Below are positions 12,788 through 23,780 of a stretch of 35,566 bases of DNA, piece by piece. The stretch spans positions 29,842,847 through 29,878,412 of the forward strand of contig JBOZIK010000001.1 in the NCBI GenBank assembly GCA_051453625.1, in the 5' to 3' direction. Numbering within the stretch: the first letter of the stretch is position 1; the number at the start of each line of letters is the position of its first letter. Below the pieces are notes generated by a model, which searched no databases, was not told where the DNA came from, and saw nothing but the letters and a program-made list of their open reading frames with translations. The stretch is from Welwitschia mirabilis. Its lineage: Eukaryota. Both the position numbers and the translations under genes were made by a program.

Positions 12788-12792
12788 TTCTC

Positions 12793-13097
12793 TGTTACGA
12801 ACTTCGGTTGAAAATTGAAAGTAAGTGACGACTTCAGAGGGCTCGGTTGAAAATTGAAAGTAAGTGACGACTTCAAAGGGCTCAAGCCTCGAAGGGTGAT
12901 TAACCTCCAAAACAAGAGTTTGATTTCAAAGCACTCCAGTACGTATAGGACACAAAATCCTTTTAATAAAATATGTAATCGATATGGGATTTAAGAAAAA
13001 TAATAAAATAATAATTTATAGGGTTAAATAACATTTTATAGTCCTAATAACAGTAATGGAATTGCAATAAAACTACTATAATTATGGGTTTACATTA
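12793..13097 (-). repeat. Internal (third) LTR, rearranged
   Basis: Begins TGTTACGAAC and aligns to the outer LTRs through AAAACTACTATAATTATG. Has several short deletions and a 39-bp tandem duplication. Its own PPT lies at 13098-13114. Confidence 0.9.
12804..12881. repeat. 39-bp tandem duplication (2 copies, 1 mismatch) inside the internal LTR
   Basis: TCGGTTGAAAATTGAAAGTAAGTGACGACTTCA(G/A)AGGGC at 12804-12842 and 12843-12881. Confidence 0.95.
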
Positions 13098-13114
13098 TTC
13101 CACCTGTCTTCAAA

Positions 13115-16100
13115 ACAACCTTGTCCTCAAGATTAATAGTCTGGAAACCTCTCCTATAATTTGTGCAGAAATTCCCAAGTAGCATTTTTGAGGAGACAAG
13201 TTAGCCCATTGAACAAGCATCTTTGTAACTGCTGGATTTTAAAACTTCACCATATGGCGGTCTAAGATACCTACCGGTTGTACTTGTAAGATCCTTTCTT
13301 CAGAGATATTCAGAAGCTCTATAGTTATCATAATTTCATCCCCAATCTTTTTCTTTAAACATGAGACATGAAAAACAGGATGTATCTGAGACCTTGGAGG
13401 CAATTCAAGCTTATAAGCAACGGAGCCAATTTTCTGAAGCACTTTGTAGGGTACATAATATCAAGGAGAGAGCTTTAAATTGCAAAGAATAGCTATTGAA
13501 GTTTGCCTGTATGGCTACAATCTAAGTTATACCAAGTCACCAACCTCAAAGGACTTCTCCATGCGGTGCTTGTCTGCATCTTGTTTCATGCGAGTCGTTG
13601 TAGCTTCAAGGTTTTTCTTTAAGAGTTAAAGAATTCGATCCCTATCACGCAACTCCATATCCACATGACAAACCTTTGTTACGCCTGGAACATATGACAA
13701 TAGTGTAGGTGGTAATTGTCCATAAACAGCTTCCTAGGGAGCCATTTGAGTGGAGGAATGAAAAGTGGTATTATACCATCATTCAGCCAATGAAAGCCAC
13801 TTAGACCCCCCCCCTTTGCCTGGTGACTAGTGAAGCACCTCAAATATGTCTCTAAACATCTGTTCGCAACCTTAGGTTGTCCATCTGATTGTGGATAATA
13901 ACCTAAGCTCATGCATAAGTGTGATCCTTGCATCTTTCCAAAAAGCACTTGTAACCACAGGATCACGACTGCTAACAATGGATGTATGCATACCATGCAA
14001 TTTGAAAATATTTTCAAGGAATAAGTTGGCCACCTGTTGTGCTGTATAGGGATGAGATAATGATACGAAATGGGCATATTTGGAAAGATGGTCCACCACC
14101 ACCATAATTGCAGTCTTGCCCTGAGATCATGGTAAGCTATCAATGAAATCCATGAAGATGTCAGACCAAATACGTTTAGGAATATGTAATGGTTGGAGTG
14201 GCCCTGGTAAGGATGTCTCATACTTATTTCTCTGACAGATTTCGCATTTGGCAATATAAGATTTGATATCTTTTTTCATACCTCTCCAATAAAAGTTTTT
14301 TGAAACCCTCTTATAAGTTTTTTGGAACCCAGAGTGACCTGCCTCAGGAGAAGCATGGAGATGTTTCAGAAGCTTAAATCACCATTGGGAATTTTCACCC
14401 AAAACTACTCTTCCTTGATAATGAAGCAATCCATCTTTATAGGAATACTTGAGCACTTCATTTGGCAATTCTTGTAACTTGGTGATGGTATCCTGTAAGA
14501 CTTTATCCTCACTAGTTTCTGTTTTTACTCCTTCAACCCATGCTGGTGATGGCCGAGAGAGAGCTAAAAGCTGTCATTCTAAGTTACGAAAGAGAGCAAC
14601 AACTGCTGCATTCTCTACGCCTTTCTTATACTCAATCTCATAGTCATATTCCATGAGCTTTGCCATCCATTTTTGTTGGATTGTTGTTTCAACTCTCTGA
14701 CCCACTAAATACTTCAGACTTTTATGATCAGTTCAGATTTTGAAATCCCTTCCAATCAAGTATTGTTGCCATTTTTCTATAGCGTGCATAATAGGCATCA
14801 TTTGTTTTTCATAGGTAGATAGCCCAAGATTCTTTTTAGAGAGCACCGATTAGTATATGCTAATGGTCATCCCTCTTGTATAAGAATTGCATGAATCCCT
14901 ACACCAGAGGCATCACATTCAATCACAAATAATTTTGAAAAATCAGGGAGAGCTAATACCGGTGCTATGGTCATGGCTTGCTTAAGATCCTTGAAAGCCT
15001 GCTCTGCTTCAAAACTCCAATTGAATGAATCCTTCTTCAGGAGATTGGTTTGGGGAGCACTAATCTTTCCATAATTTATGATGAATTTTCTGTAGTAACC
15101 AGTCAACCCCAAGAAGCCCCTCAAACCATGAATACTTTTAGGCACTAGCCAATCAAGCATGCAAGCAACCTTCTTTGGATCAGCGGCCACTCCATCACGG
15201 ATATTATGTGCCCTAGATATTCTACTTGATTCCGTCCAAATGAACATTTTGATTGTTTGACAAAAAGCTTATTCTTTTTTAAAACATTAAAAGTTGTCTG
15301 TAAGGCAGCCATATGTTTCTCCCAAGTGGGGATGTAGACTAGAATATCATCAAAGAAGACCAAAACAAATTGCCGTAGATATAGGCTAAAAACATCATTC
15401 ATGAGACTTTGGAAGGAAGATGGAGCATTTGTTAATCCAAATGGCATGACCAAAAACTCATAATGCCCATGATGAGTACGAAAGGCTGTCTTGCATATGT
15501 CTTCTTCTCGCACCGGTATCTGATGATAACCCAAACAAAGGTCTAGTTTGGAAAAGTATGCAGCTCCATGAAGTTCATCAAATAACTCCTTGATGGTAGG
15601 GATGGGAAATTTATCTTTAATGGTAATTTTATTGAGCTCCTGATAGTCCCCACACATACTCCAGGAACTATCTCGCTTTTGGACTAAAAGAATTGGTGAA
15701 GAGTAAGGACTCTGGCTAGGCCGAACAATCCCTACATTAAGCATCTCCCTTATTTGTTTTTCAATTTCATTTTTCTAGATCTGGGGGTACCAATAAGGCT
15801 GAATATTTGGCAGTTGACTTCTAGCTTGCAAGGGAATCTGATGATCTCAAGTCCATGTAGGAGGAAGCCCAATAGGTTCAGCACAGATATCACTATAATT
15901 TTGTAGTAACTTCTTCAGTTCCAGTGGTTCATCTATAGCATCTTTATTTTCCTCCAAAGAACACAACTTGATTAAAATAGTTGCATCGTTTTTGGATATC
16001 ATGTTTTCAATGCAATGGCTGCTTATAATTTGTGTTGGTGGTGCTCTTGACCATTGTAGTGAATATTTTTGTCCTTGATATGTAAATTGCATAGACAGTC

Positions 16101-17488
16101 TAAAAAAATCCCATAAAATTGACCAAGTGTGCGAAGCCAAAATGCCCCTAACATGACATCGCAACCCCCCAGTGGAAGCAAATATAACTCGGTCCTAAAT
16201 CTGAAATCTTGAACTGATAAGGACAAGTTAAAGCATCTACCTTGAGTTTTTAGTCTCTCCATTTGCCACCATAATGTCAAATGCCTTGTCTTGTTGTATG
16301 TGGCATCCCAATCTCTTGGCAATTGCAGAGTCAATGAAATTATGAGTACTCCCAGAGTCAACCAGAACAGTAATAAGTTGATGTTTAAGAAGACCCTTGA
16401 GTCGCATTGTTTGAGGCGATAATGAACCTGAAATAGCATGCATGGAAACCTTAGGCATCTCCTCTTGAACCTCTATAGGTTGTTCATCCTCTTTCTCGTG
16501 AGACCACTTCCCTTCTAATAAGAATAATTGTTGTGACTTGCATTTATGTCTTAGGGCAAACTTCTCGTCACAATTGTAGCATAACCCCTTGTCCCTTTTA
16601 GCATTTACTTGAGCTAGAGTTAGCCGCTTAATTGGTGGAGCAACTGAGCCCTGTGTTGAAGGAACAGTTAAGGAACTAGGGGCAACAGACTTTCCCTTTT
16701 TTAATCGACTTAAGGGCTGCTTGTCGCTCTTTTTGTAAACGTGCTAATCCGATTACAGCAGACATTGTGGTTGGTCTAAAAACTCGAATATCTGTTTTAG
16801 CTCCTCCTTCAACCCACTGATAAAGCAACTTACAAAAAATTCCTTAGTCAATCCAGTTGTGCAATTTGCTAATTGCTCGAATCGTGATTGATAATCATGA
16901 ACAGATGATGTGTCGAAGTTTGGAGAGTTCNNNNNNNNNNCCCTGTATAGTCTTCGTAAGGGCTAGGGCCAAATCGGACACAAAGGGCCTCAACAAATTT
17001 ATCCCATGTCACATCCTGATTTTTCTTGGTCTTCTCAAACCATTGATACCATTGGAGAGCTTCCTTCTCAAGGTGAAAGGAGGCTATGGCAACCTTTTGT
17101 GTTTTTGGAGTCAGATTAAATTTAAAGAAGTGTTTAGCCCTATAGACCCATCCGTTCGGATCATCTCCATCAAAACATGGAAATTCTAGACTCATGAACC
17201 GTGTTTGAATTGCGACACCCTTATCCACTTGCTGTATCAATCCCTTTTGCCCTAGGTGTTGAGTTTGATCATGATCCCTAGAAGATACTTCTTCAAAAGA
17301 AGCTGAGGATTTTCCTTGGGTGAGCTTTAATTCTAGTGTGCCAATTAAAGTTTTGATATCTTCTAATGCCTCGGTATTGCTTTCCACCGTCACCTTGACT
17401 TTACCATGTCATTTGTCTGCCTAACAGATGTTTCCTTTAAGACTTTGAGGTCATTTTCCATCTTTGAAAGTCTCGTGCCATCCACCAT
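13115..17488 (-). pseudogene. Degenerate gag-pol polyprotein with frameshifts and stops
   Basis: Start MVDGTRLSK at 17488; gag FPCFDGDDPNGW; knuckle GLCYNCDEKFALRHKC; protease [26 protein letters not shown] and FFDDILVY; RNase H ECDASGVG; integrase HHCC and VVVDHLSKYAHF; chromodomain. Confidence 0.95.
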
Positions 17489-17501
17489 GGATCTGGAACA
17501 A

Positions 17502-17514
17502 GGCTTTGATACCA
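17502..17514 (-). promoter_or_regulatory. Primer-binding site for initiator tRNA-Met
   Basis: TGGTATCAAAGCC on -, one mismatch to TGGTATCAGAGCC, 2 nt from the 5' LTR. Confidence 0.9.
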
Positions 17515-17516
17515 AA

Positions 17517-17827
17517 TGTTATGAACCCAGTCGTAAAAATGTAGAAAATTGAAAGTAAGTGACCACTTTGATGGGGTCAAGCCTCCAACAACCACTTTGA
17601 GGATGATTAACCTCCAAAATAATAGTTCAAACTTTATTCGATGATTTCAAAGCACTACAATACCCACATATTTATGGCACACAAAATCGTCCTAACAACA
17701 TACGCAGTCCATGTGGGATTTAAGAAAAATAACAAAATAATAATTTATAGGGCCAAATAACATTTTATGGTCCTAATAACAGAAATTGAATTTGCAATAA
17801 AACTACTATAATTATGAGGTCACATCA
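17517..17827 (-). repeat. 5' LTR of the chromovirus
   Basis: TG...CA termini, flanked by the PBS and the TSD ACAAA. Confidence 0.93.
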
Positions 17828-19523
17828 ACAAACGTGGAATTGTAAAGAAAAGGAGATAAAGCTTTAGGGGTTCTCATTTTTAAAAGGTTTTTAACCTTAG
17901 CATTGTTTAAACCTTTGATTTGAGGTTGCGGTTTAATTGTTCATTTTAAAATCTTGGAGTTGCAGTCTAGTGCTTGTGTTTGTGCTTGTATTGTCTGTGA
18001 CATAAAAATAATAAGTGCTCTGCACTACTTTTCCAAGGCCACAGGCTTCAAAGAGGCCATACTTCGTGATATCTCTGTGTTTTGTTTGTGCTCTTTATTC
18101 TTTTTGTTTGTTGTTTCTGGCTTCTTCCTATAGCATTTTGAGCTTTGTAATTTGTGCTTATCCAAGAGAAAAGACAATCTACAGGAAGTCTGAATTCTTT
18201 GAAGGAAATATAGGACTCCTCTTTTGTTGAAGATTTGAATCTCATAATTACCACGAAGCTGGTTCATTACAACATTATTGAATTTGAATTCTGAGGTATC
18301 TTCTTTTTGCTTAGAACAGGATATATTTAAGGCCGGCAAATGATTTTATTTCCCATGCCAGATAAAATTAATCAAAAAAATAGGAGATGCAGACCTTTTG
18401 GAAACAGCTTTGGATTTTAAGATCATTTGATGTCCCTAGAAGCACGTTACAAAAAGCAATGGCTCTCTTAAAATTAGGTTTTATAGTGTTCTCTTGAGGG
18501 AGAAAAACATTATTGACTCATGTTGTGGCTCCATGGGCCTGCAGATGTTAAACCAAGGGCAAATAGAGTTTGGGCATTAGTCCTTCAACCATGCTACTTG
18601 ACAGAATTAAAGGGAGGGCGCATTTTATGCACACTTTCAATACACTAGTCAACTGTAAAATAACAGACCCAATGTTTAGAAATTTTCCTTGTGCCTTTCA
18701 ATTGATTTTGTTAGGAATATGAACCATTATGTTTCCTTATGTTAGTGCCACAATGGACTAAATTGTTAGAGTAGTTGGCAACTAGGCCTTTATTATGCGA
18801 AGATGATCCTGCCTCCCTTTTTCCTCTAGCCCTCAAGGTTATAGATTATTTCAGGATGGAGATTTCTACTTTTGAAAACCTTTAGGTATAAAGTAGTTGC
18901 TTGGGGGCCAATGGAGAAATTGGCTGCCAAATTGTTTCTTGTCTAACTTAACTTTTGTTGAAGGGCTAACACTATTGTTAACAATGCACGAGCCACAGTA
19001 AAATTGGATTTTACCTTATTTAAAAAAACTCTTAAATAGGTATTTAATTTCATAAGATATGATAAGTTACTTATGAAGATTCACATAACTCAAATAAATG
19101 ACATATCGTGTACCATAAATACATGGATTCTTAACACAGGTATGTGTGGAAGTTTATTGAAAATTAATGTATTGTTATTTTCAATTGCTTTCTTTGTTAC
19201 TATTTAACCTAAGATTTCTACATTCATTATTGTATCCTACACTTTTGATTGTTTTCTACCTTAGGAACTAACAATTTTGCGAGAAGATTATGGTCCATAA
19301 ACAACAAAATTGTTGGAAGAATCCTAATAATCTTAACAATCATGTGAAAAATACTGTGAAAACAAATAAAGCTAGTGTTGTAGCACTAACTGATTCAGAT
19401 GTAAATGACTTATCTACTTTTTGTTCTAACACTGATAATGACTCTTCTTTCTAGTATATTGATGCAAGCAATTTCACATATCCCTAAAGAACTTGATTTT
19501 TGTATTACTAAAAATAGCACACA

Positions 19524-19820
19524 GAGCCTTACACAGAGTGTTGTTGGTTCAACCCATGTTTATAAGTAGTTAGGAGCTTCAAATTCTTCGGTTCAGATCC
19601 TACAGTGTGTAGGTTGGCTTTTGGTTTATATTAGTGTATTCAAAGTGCACCAAGGGATGGGCTTCACTATTTGGGCTATAAATCATAGGCAAGACTTAGG
19701 CCTTTGGTGATTACCTCCTAGGCCGGTAGGAGCCACGTATGGGTTTTCACTTGGCCAATGAAACTAGTGACCTTGGCGAGTGTGGTACAGTTTCCCATGA
19801 ATTAACTTCCTTAAAAAGGA
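19524..19820 (+). mobile_element. tRNA-derived SINE, copy A, with a 14-bp TSD
   Basis: B-box-like GGTTCAGATCC (19590-19600), A-rich tail, TSD AAAAATAGCACACA (19510-19523) / AAAAATAGTGCACA (19821-19834). Homologous to 26004-26262. Confidence 0.75.
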
Positions 19821-20827
19821 AAAAATAGTGCACATTATATCACTATCAAGAAGCAAATCTAACGCAAAGGTCTCACATGTTGGTAACATATAGCTTGACA
19901 ATCTTATGTATAAAAATGTACTAATAATTTGAAAATTTTAAATGAACCTAGTGAGTGTTATGAAACTAATTGAAAAAATGCTATACATCTGAACTTAGAA
20001 AACATGATATTAACTATCACTGTATAATCAAGAAAGTTAAAAAAATGAATTAAAAATCCAATTAAGAAACAATGTACAAATATTAACGCCTAGATTACAA
20101 CTAACATTTCTTAGTGTTGACAATGGTAATAAATGAAGTGACAGTGTTATAGACTGGGGCACATTGGTTTACACACCCTTAGAAAATCACACCACATTTA
20201 AAAGTCTTTAAAAATTTCATAAAAAAATTACAAATGATCTCGTCTGTGAGTTTTGTCAAATAAGAAAAACCAAAAAAAAAAAAAAAAAAAGGATTGCAAA
20301 ACATATAGAAACCGCAGCTTTTGCAACATTAGAGTTAGTTCATAGTGACTTATATAGACCACTACAAATTGCTTCTATCAAAGGAGAAATGATATTTTAT
20401 CCCTTTATAGGGGACTACATAGGTATACATATGTTTGCTTCTTGAGACTCAAAATTTGAGCTTTAGAAACTTTCAAAATATGTTAAAGATTTGCCCCAAA
20501 AAAAGGAGAGGGAAAAAGGGAAAAAAGCAGTTAAGAAGTAGGAGAACAAATCAAGGTAGAGAATATGTCAATATGGAATTTCAAAAATATTTGAATGACC
20601 ATGGAATTAGACATGAAATTACTCAAAGACATATACTTAATTCAATAGAATAGTACAACAAAAGGACTGGGGAAAAACAAGGAGCATTAGCGGAAATCAT
20701 GAGAACTTTATTCCATCAAATTGTGATCTCAAAGTATTCATGGGCTCAAGTTTTAAATCCTCTGACTTATGTCTTAAAGAGGCTTCCAATTGATAGTTTA
20801 GATGGAAAAACTCCTAGTGTCAAAATG

Positions 20828-21041
20828 TATATATGTGGTGAGTTTCAAGGTCTTGGGCTTGACTTCTATAATTCGCAAGCTAGCTTGTGCTTCTACCCAG
20901 GTATTCCAGGTGGATCTAATGTGAGCAAGGGCCACCTATGGGTTTTAATCTTGCCAGTAGACAAGTGATCTTGGTACATGCAATGTGACTTTACCATGAA
21001 TTAACTTCTTTTACCACCCAAAGAAAAAAAAAAGCAAAAAA
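20828..21041 (+). mobile_element. SINE copy B (diverged, internally deleted)
   Basis: Shares GCCAC.TATGGGTTTT and CCATGAATTAACTTC plus an A-tail with copy A. Interrupts the copia integrase. Confidence 0.6.
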
Positions 21042-23587
21042 GAGGAGGCGGGTTTGTGTTTGATAGAGTGGTAAATGTCCAACATCTAAGACCAATTGGA
21101 TGTAAGTGCCACATTCATAGAAAAATGGATAGCAAGTCAGAATAAAATCATCTTGGGTACAAACTAGATCACAAAGCCTATTAGCTATGGGATGGCGCAC
21201 AACACACGATGATAATTTCTTGAGATTCACATTTGAAGAATCAAAATTTGATTCAAAATTAGCCGTATCCAATGCTGTAATTTACAAAACATACTGATGA
21301 CAATGATTTAGATTTTGAAGGTAGTCCCATAGTGCTTGAAGGGGAAAGTCTACAAAATCAATAAATATGGGACTAGATGACCTGAATTAGAGTAGCTTTG
21401 AACCAATTAATATGAAACTAGAAAAAGCTAGAATCCAATCATATGGGACTCATGAATGCTGAATCAAAGCTATATCATATTGAGTATGATACCTTTGATA
21501 AAGTGAGAATTGATGTGAATTGCACCTAATTCAAAAGCCATCATCTGTGGATAAGACTTGTAGCATGTGCTTGAATCTAGAGGGTTCACAACACAACTTT
21601 GTTTACTAGGGAAACAAGAAAATGAGGTCCTTTAAAGTAATGTAAAATGTGTAACAAAAAATTAGTCATACAAAGCAATCAAATCAGGCCAAGAAATGAT
21701 AAAGAAGTCCTCCAAATACCACATTGGAAAGAGGTCATGGAAGATGAAAAATTAAAAACAAAAAAGATGGAAGTTCAAGGAACCCTCAATCTATCAAATG
21801 AGGCAAAACTTGTCAAATTTTACTAAATGTTTTGTACAAAACTAAATTCAGACAAAGCAATTAACAAGTTCTATGCTAGATAGGTTGTTGAAGGATATAG
21901 TTGAAGAAAGGGTATTGATTATAATGAAGCCTTTGTGCCCTTAATCAAGATGAGAAGTATTTGAATCATCTTGACAATAATAACCCAATATGATCAGAAA
22001 TTATTTCAATTTTCAAGTAAAATCAATCTTCCTATATGGAGAACTTTTGGAAGCCATGTTCAACTATTATAAAAGATACTAGCACTGGAAATGGAAAAAA
22101 GCCAAGAAATGTAAAAAAGCCAATAAAAGACAATAACCAACATCCAAAAGAGAGAGACAACAGTGTAAGGAGCAAAACCCACAAGGGTAAAGCCATGGCA
22201 AAATAATGCAAAGCTCTTCTTATCTTCAATAATGAACATTACATCGAAGGCAACATAACTTTGTTTAAGAAACCTTCGCCAGTGCTTGATGATTTAATGG
22301 CATAACCAAAGACCCTTAAATTGGATAAAAGCAAATAGTACATTTCTAAATAAATCTCTGTAACACACAGTTTAGCTCCACCACACAAGTCCTTAAATTA
22401 TTACATCATAACAAAAGTTTTTTCAAACAAAAACTTGGTGGTAAAACTACAAACTTAGAATGGATACCATGCCAAACAATGGATTTGACTTTACAAAACT
22501 ACAACACCAACTAGTATAGGGCTTCGATAAAACAAGGACCAAAAATAAAGGTTGCAAAGTAAAAAAAGGATTTGTATGGGTTAAAGAGGCATCTAGGACC
22601 TAGTATATGAAGATGAATGGGTTTCTTCACCTTCTTAAGTTTAAGAAATCAAATGTTGACAACAATCTCTATTTCCTTCAAACTCTACTATCCTTGTATT
22701 ATAAAATAATGATATAATAGTTACAGGGTATATATGCAATCAAATTGAGAAAGTAAAGACTACACATATTAACAAGTTCATGATATTAGACTTAGGATTG
22801 TTAAGTTACTCTCTAAGGATCTAGTTACAGCAAGATAAAGCCTTGATGACCATCATCAATACTTAGGTTGCATGCTTTGTTGTCTCTATCAATTGACAAC
22901 TGGCAAATGGGAATTGCGAGTACATATATCAATGATATAATGCCATGTGAAGGGGGTTTACATCTTCCAAAAGAATTAGGATAAGGAGATTCTTATTAAA
23001 TTTGAAGCTATCAATTAGAAGAAATGGTTAGTTCGCNNNNNNNNNNATGATACCACACAATATTAAATGCTGATACTCTATCTAGCTAATATGAGACTTG
23101 ATATTACCTTTGCAATAAATAAATTAGCAAGGGTCATGCATGATTCTAAACAAGGTTGCTTTAAAACCACATTTAGAATTCTATGTTATAGTTTTGGAAC
23201 TGCCAATTTGGGAATAAGATTTACTAAAGGAATAAATACGTAATTGCAAGTTTGTCCAAACATAGACTAGGTTGGGGACAAGGAAATGGGAGTTTTAACA
23301 ATTGGGCATCTTGAGTGCAGCTAGAATCATCAATAGAAGGCACGTGAGTGGGGTTAATAAAATTTTGAATGTAAAATCACAAAATGATTACTAATAAAAT
23401 ATTTTATTTGCATAGATGAGAAATAAGAAGTTCAAGAAAAAGTAAAAGCAATCAGCACACCAAATTTTAAAGTGTTTAGGGTGCATAGCAACCTTGCATC
23501 CACTCTTAGTCTTAATTTTTTGACACCATTCATGGTTATGAATAGCTAGCTTAGTAGTTATCTGACGATCTTGGATATCTCTCCTTA

Positions 23588-23780
23588 TGACTTTTTCTCA
23601 CTTCTTTCTTGAATCATCCTTTTGTTGCCTCCCTTTAATGTTAACTATAACAACCCCTTGTGATATGTGCACTTTTTGTCCACTGACTTCTTCTCACTTC
23701 TTTCTTGACCTTCCCTTTTGTTGCCTTCCTTTAACGCCAACTAAACAACCTGTTGGGATATGTGCACTTTTTGGTCTACA
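23588..23780. repeat. ~96-bp tandem duplication (2 diverged copies)
   Basis: TGACTT.TTCTCACTTCTTTCTTGA...CCTTTTGTTGCCT.CCTTTAA...GATATGTGCACTTTTTG occurs twice. Confidence 0.8.

Larger units (their letters stand above)
10014..17827 (-). mobile_element. Ty3/gypsy chromovirus LTR retrotransposon (short LTRs, Met PBS, Reina-like), composite three-LTR form
   Basis: Two 311-bp outer LTRs (10014-10324, 17517-17827), 5-bp TSD ACAAA at 10009-10013 and 17828-17832, PBS, PPT, and gag-PR-RT-RH-INT-chromodomain order. Confidence 0.93.

Noticed and set aside
12804-12881. CRISPR-like repeat array
   Set aside because: Two adjacent copies with no spacer, inside a plant LTR; a simple tandem duplication.
12431-12910. 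Functional RPLP0 gene nested in the GLR intron
   Set aside because: Only the first 86 codons are present, no later exons were found, the N-terminus is frameshift-scrambled, and an LTR replaces the promoter.
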